Assembly: GCA_016719225.1 (NCBI GenBank)
Contig: JADKAN010000004.1
Location: 512,167 to 576,166, forward strand
Reading direction: 5' to 3'
Length of the DNA: 64,000 nucleotides
Source: Flavobacteriales bacterium
GTDB taxonomy: Bacteria > Bacteroidota > Bacteroidia > Flavobacteriales_F > PHOS-HE28
Shown: positions 1 to 9,640 of the stretch, in pieces
Layout of the letters: each line of letters opens with the position of its first letter
How positions within the stretch are numbered: the first letter of the stretch is position 1
The notes under the pieces: generated by a model
The model's database searches: none
What the model saw: only the letters and a program-made list of their open reading frames with translations
Told to the model about the DNA's origin: nothing
Program-made: the position numbers and the translations under genes

Positions 1-985
1 AAGCACGGGCTCCCTGATTATTCAGGTGGCTGCTGTTCTTGAAAGCGCTGTCCGGCAATTTCATCATGGAATAGTCGTAGAAATGCAGGTTCGGGTGCCG
101 CTGCTCCAACTCATGGAACAGCGCCGTGATCTCCTCATAGTTGGAAACACCCTCCATTTCACTCCAATGTTGCGGGGTGTAGACCACCAGGATCTGACGG
201 TCCGGACGGCTTGCCACAAGCTCTTCGAACCTCTCTATACGTTCCTTCGGAGCACTGAACAGCAGGAAGGCGTCCAAATATTTCAATTTGTAACGGTCCT
301 CGGCGGATACCGCCGCTTTCACATTCCCCACATCACTTTGCAGCTTGAGCCGCATCTCGATGGAACGTTGGCGCGCAGCTACTTGGCTGGCCAGCAATTT
401 GGGTGACGCGGAACGCTCGGTGAACAACCCCCCTTTTTCGGATATACGTGCGTTCTTGTCCTCGACGTCCTCTTCGTCACTATTGCCCTTGCGCAGGAAT
501 TCCTGCACTGCTCCGAAGTAGCGGAGACCAGGGACAAGGAAACGGGTCTCAAAGCGACCATTGCGCTCCAGGTATTCACGCACTCCGGGAAGGCCGATGT
601 TGGGCACGAAGGTCGCCGCGTCAATGGTGTGGTCCGGCGCGTGCACGAAGAAGCGATGGTTGAACTCCACCAATACCGCGCCTTTCCGGGGCTTTGCCAG
701 TTCAACCTCCATCAGGAACTCGGTGACGTCGAAATTGCATTTCTCCATCGCGTAGTTCCACACCGTGGGGCCCAGGCTGTCCGGGATGAAGGAGCTGCGC
801 GCTTTGGAACTGCCGAACACAGGGATCTCCTCGGGATCCTCGGACTCGATCAATCGCTTGACCTTCGACGGATTGGATGCCGGGTCATCGAAGATCGCCC
901 ATCGCTGCAGCAACGTATCAAAACCCAACGCCACTACCCAAAAAGCGATGATGAAAAAAGCTGAACTGCGTATCAAGGTGCGCAT
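1..985 (-). CDS. MBOAT-partner protein (AlgJ/AlgX/DltD-like periplasmic acyl-transfer accessory protein), partial - its C-terminus lies beyond the window start
   Basis: Hand translation of the minus strand from the ATG at 985..983 gives an open frame through position 2: MRTLIRSSAFFIIAFWVVALGFDTLLQRWAIFDDPASNPSKVKRLIESEDPEEIPVFGSSKARSSFIPDSLGPTVWNYAMEKCNFDVTEFLMEVELAKPRKGAVLVEFNHRFFVHAPDHTIDAATFVPNIG... The N-terminal hydrophobic stretch reads as a membrane anchor. It is missing from the ORF track only because it has no stop inside the window. It starts 8 nt after the MBOAT stop, in the same order as algI-algJ. Confidence 0.55.
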   Translation of the reverse strand, partial: MRTLIRSSAFFIIAFWVVALGFDTLLQRWAIFDDPASNPSKVKRLIESEDPEEIPVFGSSKARSSFIPDSLGPTVWNYAMEKCNFDVTEFLMEVELAKPRKGAVLVEFNHRFFVHAPDHTIDAATFVPNIGLPGVREYLERNGRFETRFLVPGLRYFGAVQEFLRKGNSDEEDVEDKNARISEKGGLFTERSASPKLLASQVAARQRSIEMRLKLQSDVGNVKAAVSAEDRYKLKYLDAFLLFSAPKERIERFEELVASRPDRQILVVYTPQHWSEMEGVSNYEEITALFHELEQRHPNLHFYDYSMMKLPDSAFKNSSHLNNQGARA

Positions 986-992
986 CGCCGGT

Positions 993-2384
993 TCAGAATT
1001 GGAAATAGATGAATTGGTTCCTCGCGTCGGAACCGAATGCAAAGATTACCACCAGCATGCACACAACATAGACGTTGTCGTATTTGAAACGCATGCTCCG
1101 GGGGAAAAGGGTAGTGGCAACAGCCAACGCGGCGAAGAACAGGCCCATGACCATTTCCGCGAAGTAGCCGGAGCGCAGGTCCGCCATGGACAGCCGGAAA
1201 TCCGTGAAGATGTGCTGTATCACCGCGAAGGCATCAGTGACATTGTTGCGGAAGAAGATGCAGGAGAATATGATCAACGAGCTGTTCCAGACCGTCCAGA
1301 AAACACGCATCGGCGCGGAATTGTTGAACGGTTGCAGCGGTTTGATCCGGATGTACATGCGCTGTAGCACCATGGCAATACCGTGGAACAGGCCGAACAT
1401 CACGAAGTTCCATGTGGGCCCGTGCCAGAAACCGATGAGCACGAAGGTGCAGATGGTAATGATCCACGCCTTCCCCGGTGAGCTACGTATCCAAGGTCGA
1501 TAGACATAATCGCCGATCCATGTAGTGAGCGAGATATGCCAACGGGCCCAAGAAGCATTGAGATTGGTAGTGAGGAATGGCCTGTTGAAGTTGTCCATCA
1601 GCCTAACGCCCATGAGCCTGGCGGAGCCCATCGCAATGTCCGTGTAACCGCTGAAGTCACAGAAGAGCTGCACGGTGAACAGGACCGCGGCGATGGCGTA
1701 TTGGAGTCCGGAGGCACTGGGTACGTTGCTGTACAATTGGTTCACGAAGGGTGCCAAATTGTCGGCGACCACCACTTTTTTGAAGAAGCCCAATAAGATC
1801 TTATTGATCGCGTATTTGATGTCATCCTTCGTGGCTGGCACGTTGTTCCGCAATTGTGGGATCAAATGGCCTGCCCGTTCGATCGGACCAGCAACGAGCT
1901 GTGGGAAATAGCAGACGTAGAGTGCGAAATAGCCGAAGTGACGCTCGGCCTTGTCCTTGCCTTTATAAACGTCGAACGTGTAACTCAGGCTTTGGAAGGT
2001 ATAGAATGAAATACCCAGTGGGAGGATGATGTCCAGGACGGGCGAATCATAGAACACGTTGAATTTACCCAACAACACCTCCGTGTTGTAGGCAAAAAAG
2101 TTCATGTATTTGAAAAAGAACAGCAGGCCTAAGTTGACCACAAGGCTTGCTGCCATGTACCGCCGCTTGGTGCGCTGGTCCTTGGCATCCTCCATCAACA
2201 TGGCCGCCCAGTAGTCCACCAACGTGGAAATGAGCATGAAAACCGCGAAGAACGGTTTCCAGCACATGTAGAAGTAATAGCTGACCACCAGCAGCATCAC
2301 CCACCGGTATCCCTTTGGGATCAGGTGGTACAGCACCAGCACCAAAGGGAGGAAAAGAAGATAGTCTACAGAGTTGAACAGCAT
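993..2384 (-). CDS. MBOAT family membrane-bound O-acyltransferase (AlgI/DltB-like)
   Basis: 463 aa polytopic membrane protein with the characteristic MBOAT N-terminus (MLFNSVDYLLFLPLVLVLYHLIPK...) and the conserved His-containing core (FWHGPTWNF; WRRWHISLTTW). Confidence 0.85.
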   Translation of the reverse strand: MLFNSVDYLLFLPLVLVLYHLIPKGYRWVMLLVVSYYFYMCWKPFFAVFMLISTLVDYWAAMLMEDAKDQRTKRRYMAASLVVNLGLLFFFKYMNFFAYNTEVLLGKFNVFYDSPVLDIILPLGISFYTFQSLSYTFDVYKGKDKAERHFGYFALYVCYFPQLVAGPIERAGHLIPQLRNNVPATKDDIKYAINKILLGFFKKVVVADNLAPFVNQLYSNVPSASGLQYAIAAVLFTVQLFCDFSGYTDIAMGSARLMGVRLMDNFNRPFLTTNLNASWARWHISLTTWIGDYVYRPWIRSSPGKAWIITICTFVLIGFWHGPTWNFVMFGLFHGIAMVLQRMYIRIKPLQPFNNSAPMRVFWTVWNSSLIIFSCIFFRNNVTDAFAVIQHIFTDFRLSMADLRSGYFAEMVMGLFFAALAVATTLFPRSMRFKYDNVYVVCMLVVIFAFGSDARNQFIYFQF

Positions 2385-2390
2385 GGCTTC

Positions 2391-3596
2391 CTAGGGGCCT
2401 TTACTCAATAGGTTGCGGAGCGCTATTACGTGATCTTCGAGCATAGAGTTCCATCCAAGATCTTTTCGTGCCCTCTCCCGGCTAGCATCGCGCATGGATC
2501 CCCATGCTTGACGGTCGGAAAGAAGCTTTCCGATACGAGCAGCCATACCTAGTGCATCATCCGCCAGCATGATCTCCACGTCAGACATCAGATCGAGTCC
2601 TTCAACACCTATGGAAGTCGTGGCGCAAGGTAATCCCCGATACAACGCGGTGATCACCTTTACCTTCGTTCCACTTCCGAAACGCAGGGGCGCAATGAAG
2701 ACTTTGCTCTTCCGGTAGAACGGCTCCAAGTCATCCACGAAGCCACGCAGAACGGCTCCCGGTGAACGCTTCACCGCTAATTGCAATGATTCGTCCGCAC
2801 CGCGGCCGATAATGTCCATTGTCAATTCCGGATACTTTTTTTTCAGGATGGGCCAAACATCGTTCAGGAACCAGATCAACCCATCCGCATTGGCAGGCCA
2901 GCTTAAAGTGCCGACGTAGAGCAAGTTGTTCAGCGCCTCATCAAAACGCAGGACCGGCGCATCCAGTCCGCTGTCGTCGCCCAAATGGTAGGTGGTGTGG
3001 AATTTACTCTTTGGCACTCCTGCCTTTACCAGTTCCTCTTGATCGTTCGGGGCAGCAAGGACCAGATCCGCTCGTTCGCAGGACTTTACCTCGAAATGTT
3101 TCACACGCCGCGACTCGATCTCCAGCACGATCCGCTCAGGCAGGTTCTTTGCGACTGTCCGCGAGCGTTCCCACATAACGAACTCTGCGTTATGCTGGTG
3201 AAGTATGACAGGCACCTTGACGTTTTTCGGCACGTAAGGGAAGACCTCCAAATGGTCGACCAGCACGAGGTCAGCTTTTCCGATGGCCTCTTCTGCCGCC
3301 CGGTGCAATTCCACGTCCGCATTGCGGTAAACGTTCAACGTGGGGGAAGAGACCATACTCTTCAGGAAGTTCAATGCCGTCCGTGGGCGCTCCACCGGTA
3401 AGGCGTGCACCGCTGACAATGGTAATGCACGCTTGAATGCATCCAAATGCTTCACATCGTCACCTTTCAACGGTGCGATCAACGTCACATCGAAATGCTG
3501 GGCCAAATGCTGAATGAACCGCCATGACTTTATTACGCCCCCGCTTTGTGGTGGGTATGGCAATTGGTTGGTTATGAAAACCAAACGATCCCTCAT
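2391..3596 (-). CDS. Glycosyltransferase family 4 (GT-B fold)
   Basis: 401 aa. The C-terminal half carries the GT4 EX7E-like region (KVFIAPLRFGSGTKVKVITALYRGLPCATTSIGVEGL). It sits in the operon with wza/wzc. Confidence 0.8.
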   Translation of the reverse strand: MRDRLVFITNQLPYPPQSGGVIKSWRFIQHLAQHFDVTLIAPLKGDDVKHLDAFKRALPLSAVHALPVERPRTALNFLKSMVSSPTLNVYRNADVELHRAAEEAIGKADLVLVDHLEVFPYVPKNVKVPVILHQHNAEFVMWERSRTVAKNLPERIVLEIESRRVKHFEVKSCERADLVLAAPNDQEELVKAGVPKSKFHTTYHLGDDSGLDAPVLRFDEALNNLLYVGTLSWPANADGLIWFLNDVWPILKKKYPELTMDIIGRGADESLQLAVKRSPGAVLRGFVDDLEPFYRKSKVFIAPLRFGSGTKVKVITALYRGLPCATTSIGVEGLDLMSDVEIMLADDALGMAARIGKLLSDRQAWGSMRDASRERARKDLGWNSMLEDHVIALRNLLSKGP

Positions 3597-3602
3597 GGTC
3601 TA

Positions 3603-5873
3603 TCAGACAGCACGATTCCAGTTGTAGCGGAAAAAGTCGAAGAACCCCAACCGCTTTTCCCCTTTTTTCTTTGCCAGACCGAACCACGGCAGCGGTTTGT
3701 CCATGATGCCGTCCAGCACGAACATGAGCGGCGGAAGCTGGCCATTGGCGCGCGACATGCCCAATTTCTCAAGGTCGCCTTTGGATGTGGTGCCCGGCTG
3801 GCAAACCACCAGCGCACGGTCGAGCGAGGCCACTTGCGGAGTAATGGCCAGTGCGTCACCGTTAGAGCCTTCGATGATCACGAAGGCAGTGCCCTCCTCC
3901 TGTGCCCGTGATCGGATCGCGCTCAGGGAGATCCCCTTGGCAGCGATAATAGAAAGACCAGCGGGTGCGCCAGTTTGGCGCGGGGTAGCTTCAGTCTCCT
4001 GCACCAGCATTACGCGACTGCCACGCTGTGCCAACATCCAGGCCAAACGGGCCGCAGTGGCTCCTACTGCCTCTTTCCCTCCAGCACCGCAGACCATATC
4101 GAGCTCGGGGCCGGTGGTGTGTGCAGTCTCTATAAGTGCAGCCAGCTTGGCAATTTCCACATAGGCGGGACTGGCCGGATTGGTCAACAGCCCACCCGGA
4201 TCCTTGTGTGTCGTATAGGGTATGCGAGCGGCGAGCGGAACGTCCGGCATAGCCTTCGCCAAGGTCGAAGCACCGGTTATCTTATCACTGAACAAGGACT
4301 TAATAATGAGGTACCCCAAAGGTGCCAACAGCGCCAACATCACCGCAACCGCCAGCAGGATCACTATGTCGGGGAAGAACGGGTCCATGTCCGTTATATA
4401 AGCCGGTGTGGTCACGTAGACCTCCGGTGCAAGCGCCGCGAACTGAACACGCAGGTTGCTCAAGCGCGTCAGAAGATCGGTGTTCACGGCTTCCTGTGTG
4501 CGCTGGTCGCGTTCCCTGTCGGTCAAGGTCCTGTCCAGTTTGGGTATTTCCCCCTGCTGGGCCATTAAGGTCCTTCGTTGCAAGTCCACATTGTCCAGGC
4601 TGATCCGGGTGTTGGCCTTGAAGCTTTCCACCGAGCTCAGGATGTTCTCCCGTTGCTGGTCCAACAGCCGTACCATCCGGTTGAAGCTGGGATTAGCGGT
4701 CTTGCCCTCCTCTCGAAGCACGGAAATGTCGCTCTGTAATGCTGCGTATTTCGTGGTCATATCGTTGAGCAGGGGATCAGAAATGCCGTAAGCTTTGGGA
4801 CTGGATGGCTTGGCACTGTCCCCGCTGCGCAGCAGCTTCACCAAATTGTCGTAATAATTGGTCTGGACCACCAACGATTCGCGCTGGGCGTCCAATGACT
4901 TCAAACCTTCCTGAAGCAAAATGGTGGCATGTTCCATGTTGGTGACATTGGCCTCCGTCTTGAACTTTTCAAGCAGATCGCTCGTGGAATTGAGCTGGCC
5001 GGTGTTGCGGGTGATCTCACCTTCCAACATGGTAATGGTCTTGGCCAGTTCGGTCTTCTGCTCTTCCATATGCAGTGAAGTGTACTCTTCACCGATGCCG
5101 TTCAAAATGTCCAACACCTTGGGCTTTGGCGCTGCTGTGAGCGTAACGTTCACCGTTGTGGCCTCCGCTACGGTCAGTTCCCCGAGGATCGAGCCCATTA
5201 ACCCCAGCGTAACGCCGTGTGGGTCGTACAGGATGAAGCCGTAATTCTCCACGTCATCGCCTTCCAAAGGCAATTTGCTTTTCATCACCCTGGTGATGCG
5301 CACGCGGGCGCTATCCAGCTTGATCCATTCACCGAATTTGCCGTCCTGCTCCAGCTCGATCTCAAGATCGTCCGGACCGTATTTGCCGTCCCCCACAAGC
5401 TTGAAATTGTCTCCTTGCACATCATGCAGGTAAAATCCTACGCCATAGGGTACATGCACCACATTGTGCACGGATGAGGTATCGAGTTCGACTTGGATCG
5501 GTGTATCCTTATAGACCTCCCAATCCAGGAAAAAACCTTCCTGCACGTACTTATTACGCAGACCGAGCCGATCCACCACACGGCTGATAATGGGCTCTGA
5601 CGTGATGCGCAATTGTTCGTTGGAGTAGTAGTTCTTATCGGTTTTTGCCACGGGCTGCGTGGGTTGCACCATGCGGTTCGGGTCGTCGTGCCGCATGGGT
5701 GTAGCGATCAAAATGCTGGTGCTGCCTGAATACATGGGCTGCACGATGATCATGATCACCACCACAAGTGCCAGCAAGGCCAAGCCCGCTATACCCAGAA
5801 GTGGCCATGCACGCAGGTACTTTCCGAGGAAGGCCTTCAGGTCCGTGTCCTCATTCAAGTTCGTTCCGGTCAT
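3603..5873 (-). CDS. Polysaccharide co-polymerase / chain-length determinant (Wzc/GumC-like, PCP-2) with a degenerate C-terminal ATPase/kinase domain
   Basis: 756 aa. N-terminal TM segment, a Wzz-like periplasmic region, long coiled-coil, a second TM segment, and a C-terminal P-loop-like region (VCGAGGKEAVGATAARLA) with no Ser/Thr after the Lys and no C-terminal Tyr cluster. Confidence 0.75.
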   Translation of the reverse strand: MTGTNLNEDTDLKAFLGKYLRAWPLLGIAGLALLALVVVIMIIVQPMYSGSTSILIATPMRHDDPNRMVQPTQPVAKTDKNYYSNEQLRITSEPIISRVVDRLGLRNKYVQEGFFLDWEVYKDTPIQVELDTSSVHNVVHVPYGVGFYLHDVQGDNFKLVGDGKYGPDDLEIELEQDGKFGEWIKLDSARVRITRVMKSKLPLEGDDVENYGFILYDPHGVTLGLMGSILGELTVAEATTVNVTLTAAPKPKVLDILNGIGEEYTSLHMEEQKTELAKTITMLEGEITRNTGQLNSTSDLLEKFKTEANVTNMEHATILLQEGLKSLDAQRESLVVQTNYYDNLVKLLRSGDSAKPSSPKAYGISDPLLNDMTTKYAALQSDISVLREEGKTANPSFNRMVRLLDQQRENILSSVESFKANTRISLDNVDLQRRTLMAQQGEIPKLDRTLTDRERDQRTQEAVNTDLLTRLSNLRVQFAALAPEVYVTTPAYITDMDPFFPDIVILLAVAVMLALLAPLGYLIIKSLFSDKITGASTLAKAMPDVPLAARIPYTTHKDPGGLLTNPASPAYVEIAKLAALIETAHTTGPELDMVCGAGGKEAVGATAARLAWMLAQRGSRVMLVQETEATPRQTGAPAGLSIIAAKGISLSAIRSRAQEEGTAFVIIEGSNGDALAITPQVASLDRALVVCQPGTTSKGDLEKLGMSRANGQLPPLMFVLDGIMDKPLPWFGLAKKKGEKRLGFFDFFRYNWNRAV

Positions 5874-5882
5874 TCGCTGGGG

Positions 5883-6767
5883 CTATTTTTTCAACACGGC
5901 GTAAACACTCACGATCGAAACCAAGAAGGTCAGCACATTGACGACCAGGTTCGGATCCCTGCCTGAGTACATCCGTCTCTTTAGCGGGTCAACGATCACC
6001 ACGTCGTTCGGCTCCAAGTAGAAGTGGGGATCCGCCAGAACGTTCTGATCGTTGAGGTCCATGTTGTACAGATGGTTGGTGCCGTCCCGTGAGCGCATGA
6101 CGCGGATGCGCGAGCGGTCCGCAAGCACAGTTAGATCACTGGCCATGGCCAGTCCTTCAAGCACGTTCACTTGGTTGTTATACACCGGGTATCGTCCCGG
6201 GCGGTTCACTTCACCCACCACCGATATGTTGAAGTTGAGCATGACCACCTTCACCGAGGCGTCCGAATATAATCCATTGGCCAAAGACAAGATCGCCGCT
6301 TCCGCTTCCGGGATGGTCATTCCCTCCACTTTGACCGGTCCTATCTCGGGCAGTGTGATGTTCCCCTGCGGATCAACAGTATGGCCGATCAGGTAGGGGT
6401 GCTGCACCGAGCGGTAGAGGTCCATGTCCTGCAAGGTGGTCTGCGGCACGATGTCCTGCACGAGTTGCGAGTGGCCCACGGTGACCATGAGAATGTCATC
6501 CTTGTGGATGGAGAATGTCGGCGGTTGGGGTGGCCAGGTCTTATCCACAAGAGCGTCCCATGGGACCCGCGCATCCTTATCCTGCAGCAGCACGACCTTC
6601 TTGTTGCCCACGCAACCGCCGAGCAAAGCAGCTGCCAAGACCAAGCCCAGCATCGCCGGAAATTTCGGGATGACACTCCCGCATACCTTGCCAAAGGCTG
6701 ACCAGTATGGCCAAAAACCCTTCATTCGCTTCGATGTCAGTAAATTCCGGTTCCTGCTATGCAACAT
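5883..6767 (-). CDS. Polysaccharide export outer-membrane lipoprotein Wza (BexD/CtrA family, SLBB domains)
   Basis: 294 aa. Lipoprotein-like N-terminus (MLGLVLAAALLGGC), a poly_export region (DILMVTVGHSQL...) and SLBB-like repeats. The true start may be an internal Met (MKGFW.. or MLGLV..). It is divergent from the plus-strand operon. Confidence 0.8.
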   Translation of the reverse strand: MLHSRNRNLLTSKRMKGFWPYWSAFGKVCGSVIPKFPAMLGLVLAAALLGGCVGNKKVVLLQDKDARVPWDALVDKTWPPQPPTFSIHKDDILMVTVGHSQLVQDIVPQTTLQDMDLYRSVQHPYLIGHTVDPQGNITLPEIGPVKVEGMTIPEAEAAILSLANGLYSDASVKVVMLNFNISVVGEVNRPGRYPVYNNQVNVLEGLAMASDLTVLADRSRIRVMRSRDGTNHLYNMDLNDQNVLADPHFYLEPNDVVIVDPLKRRMYSGRDPNLVVNVLTFLVSIVSVYAVLKK

Positions 6768-6902
6768 CCGTTATCCCTTTTGGTGAGGCCTCTTTTGTAG
6801 AAAAGAGGATCCGGCGGCAAATATGGGGGCAACTTCCCCTGCTTGTAAAACGTAACAAGAGTTTAATTCAACAAGCGGGCGATATTTGTCGCCGGATCCA
6901 TC

Positions 6903-8279
6903 ATGGCGAGATACGAACGCTACATCTACCTCTTTCTGGAATTGATAGCGCTGGCCGGGGCTTTTGCCTTGGCAGTGCTCATCACCTATGGTGACCTTGA
7001 TTTCTTGGAGAGGCCCCTGCTCAGGCTTCTTTTCGGCTGTATGGCCTTGATCTGGGTGATCATTTCCCTCATCGGGGCCTTCCGGCCCATGGACCGCCGA
7101 CTGAGCGGCGGGGCGCTCATACAAGATCTGGTCACCTCCGTAGTGACGGCGCTCTTCGGCACATTCGCCGTCAGCTTCATGGTGGGGATCGAAGGACTTC
7201 CCCCGCAGCTACTGGGGTGGCACTTCCTCTTCTTCACCGCATTGGTGGCCCTGGTCCGTTTTGCCGTGTGGAAAGGAATCCGTGCCTATCGCACTGCCGG
7301 TTATAATTTCAAGCGTATCGTGATCATTGGCTCGAATTCGGTGAGCGAGCGCTTCATCCGCGAGATGGAGGAACACCCTGAATACGGTTACAAGGTGGTG
7401 GAGCGCTTCAACTTAGGCCATGATGATCCTTTACCGGGCGCCAGGCCTATCGAGGAATTCGATCTTTTCGTGGCTACCAACCGGATCGATCAAGTGTACA
7501 TAGCAAAGGACCGCATGAGCAAGAAGGCCTTGGCCATCATACGCTTCTGCTCCCTGAAGGATGTCCGTGTGTTGTTCATCAACAACATGTTCGACCAATT
7601 GCACCGATCCGGGTTCCGTGCTTACTTGGATGAAGGAGGCATGACCACGCTGGTGGCCATCGACCCGGTGAAGTATAAGAACGTGATCGGGCGTTCGATG
7701 AAGCGGATCTTCGATATCGTCTTCAGTTCCATGGTGATCCTGCTGATCCTTTCCTGGCTGTATCCCATCATCGCCATCCTGGTGAAAATGAGCTCTCCCG
7801 GGCCGGTACTTTTCATCCAGCAGCGCACAGGCATCGTGAACAAGCCTTTTGGCTGTATGAAGTTCCGATCCATGCGTCCGAATGTCGACTCTGATAAAAA
7901 GCAGGCCGTGAAAGGAGATCCCCGCATCACACCGATCGGCCATTTCCTGCGCAAGAGCAATTTGGATGAGATGCCCCAATTCTTCAACGTTTTCCTGGGA
8001 CAGATGAGCGTTGTCGGACCGCGTCCGCACATGGTTTCACATACCGAGGAGTACACCAAATTGATCGGACCTTATATGGAACGGCTTTGGCTGAAACCGG
8101 GCATCACCGGTCTGGCCCAAGCAAAGGGCCTCCGCGGGGAGACCAATGAACTGGTCTTGATGGAGCGTCGCGTCCAAGCTGACCGCTTCTACATCCAGCA
8201 TTGGTCCATCACGCTGGATATCTACATTATCCTGCTCACCTTCTGGAACATGGTTTCCATGAAAAAACAAGGCGCGTGA
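6903..8279 (+). CDS. Undecaprenyl-phosphate hexose-1-phosphate transferase (WbaP/EpsL-type bacterial sugar transferase), the initiating enzyme
   Basis: 458 aa with N-terminal TM helices and a C-terminal bacterial sugar transferase domain (KRIFDIVFSSMVILLILSWLYPIIAILVKMSSPGPVLFIQQRTG...FGCMKFRSMR...DPRITPIGHFLRKSNLDEMPQFFNVFLGQMSVVGPRPH). Confidence 0.9.
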   Translation: MARYERYIYLFLELIALAGAFALAVLITYGDLDFLERPLLRLLFGCMALIWVIISLIGAFRPMDRRLSGGALIQDLVTSVVTALFGTFAVSFMVGIEGLPPQLLGWHFLFFTALVALVRFAVWKGIRAYRTAGYNFKRIVIIGSNSVSERFIREMEEHPEYGYKVVERFNLGHDDPLPGARPIEEFDLFVATNRIDQVYIAKDRMSKKALAIIRFCSLKDVRVLFINNMFDQLHRSGFRAYLDEGGMTTLVAIDPVKYKNVIGRSMKRIFDIVFSSMVILLILSWLYPIIAILVKMSSPGPVLFIQQRTGIVNKPFGCMKFRSMRPNVDSDKKQAVKGDPRITPIGHFLRKSNLDEMPQFFNVFLGQMSVVGPRPHMVSHTEEYTKLIGPYMERLWLKPGITGLAQAKGLRGETNELVLMERRVQADRFYIQHWSITLDIYIILLTFWNMVSMKKQGA

Positions 8280-9640
8280 AACTTCGTAAGCTCCTCAATA
8301 AGTTACCGGTCAAGAAAGGACAGCGCGAGCTGGTTGGCGGCGGGGTGGTAGCATTCGCATACCGCATCCTCGGCCTTCTTTTCACCTACGGTCTCATGCT
8401 TGCCATCGCGCGGCGCTTCGGCCCGGAAGGCAATGGGTATTATAACCTGTACACCGCGTGGATGGCCGTGATGGGCGTGCTCGCGACCTTGGGCCTTAGC
8501 AGTTCCAATGTGCGTTCCGTTGCGGAATACGGTGCGAAGGGCGAATGGGGGCGGCTAAGGCCTTTGCACAATGGAGTGCTGCGCGCCGTCCTCCCCTTCT
8601 CGGTGGCTCTAGGGCTGTTATTCCTGGGTTGGCGTGAATTGGCCCTACGCGGTATCATGGGGGACGGCGGTATCGCGCCCGGCGTGATGATCGCCATGGC
8701 GTTAGGTCTTCCATTCAGTGCGTTGTTGTTGGTGAACGTGGAGTTCATCAGGGGTACGAAACGCGTGGCCGTTTCGGAGTTATTGCGCTCACCCGCCGTA
8801 CTGGGCTTTACGTTGCTTGTGGTGCTTTTGGTCCCAGGTGACGCCATGACGCCAGTGGTGGTCACCGCGTGTGTAACAGCCGTCTTCGCTTTGGTGGGAT
8901 TCTACCTCGTGCGACGTTACGTGTCCATGATCGAGGCCAAGCATCAAGCGAAGCCGCTCACTATCAATATGCGTGAGCACATGGCCTTGGCGTTGCCGAT
9001 GATCGTAACGGCGTTGAGCAGTAGTTTGAATGGCCGTTTGGACACCATCATGCTGGCTTGGTACCGATCGTCGGACATCATCGGCATCTACGGCACAGCC
9101 GTGAAGATCTCCATCGGCATCGAGTTCGTTATCGGTGCCATTAAGACCATCGCCATGCCCAAGATCGCGGAGATGTATCACGCGGGCAAGCATGAAGAGC
9201 TACGGGATACGTTGGATTATGCTGCCAAACTGGTATTCTGGACCACAGCTCCTATTTCCGTTGTGCTCATCGTCTTTGCCGGGCCGATCATGGGCTTCGT
9301 TGGCCCTGAGTTCACGGCGGGTGCCACTGTGCTGCGCATCATGACCATCGCGCACTTCATCTCCGCCAGTTCGGGTATGGTGGGTGCTTTCCTCAACATG
9401 ACGGGTGGTCAATTGGCCTTCAGTCGCATCGTGGTGGTCTCGGTGGTGCTGAATCTCGTGCTGAATTTCCTGATGATCCCTCCTTTCGGTATGCTCGGTG
9501 CAGCCCTGGCTTCTGGCATCACGCTCAGCCTTTGGAATATTGCCGCTGCCATCCTGATCTATCGCAAGCACGGCATCAACATGTATTACATCCCTTGGCT
9601 TACCAAGCACCGCACGGAGTATGTTGAGATCGACAAGTGA
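8276..9640 (+). CDS. Wzx-type polysaccharide flippase (MOP/MATE-like superfamily)
   Basis: About 455 aa polytopic membrane protein. A GTG start at 8276 overlaps the upstream stop as GTGA; the track ORF from 8201 is an upstream extension. Architecture is typical of an O-unit flippase (about 12 TM). Confidence 0.75.
   Translation: MKLRKLLNKLPVKKGQRELVGGGVVAFAYRILGLLFTYGLMLAIARRFGPEGNGYYNLYTAWMAVMGVLATLGLSSSNVRSVAEYGAKGEWGRLRPLHNGVLRAVLPFSVALGLLFLGWRELALRGIMGDGGIAPGVMIAMALGLPFSALLLVNVEFIRGTKRVAVSELLRSPAVLGFTLLVVLLVPGDAMTPVVVTACVTAVFALVGFYLVRRYVSMIEAKHQAKPLTINMREHMALALPMIVTALSSSLNGRLDTIMLAWYRSSDIIGIYGTAVKISIGIEFVIGAIKTIAMPKIAEMYHAGKHEELRDTLDYAAKLVFWTTAPISVVLIVFAGPIMGFVGPEFTAGATVLRIMTIAHFISASSGMVGAFLNMTGGQLAFSRIVVVSVVLNLVLNFLMIPPFGMLGAALASGITLSLWNIAAAILIYRKHGINMYYIPWLTKHRTEYVEIDK

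Noticed and set aside
26-1367. Plus-strand ORFs 26-406, 629-964 and 765-1367 at the left edge
   Set aside because: All are antisense to the hand-translated AlgJ-like gene and the MBOAT gene; the compositions are His/Gln/Arg-rich.
3603-5873. Calling the Wzc-like protein an active BY-type tyrosine autokinase
   Set aside because: The Walker A is degenerate (GAGGKE) and there is no C-terminal Tyr cluster. Called a co-polymerase with a possibly inactive ATPase instead.
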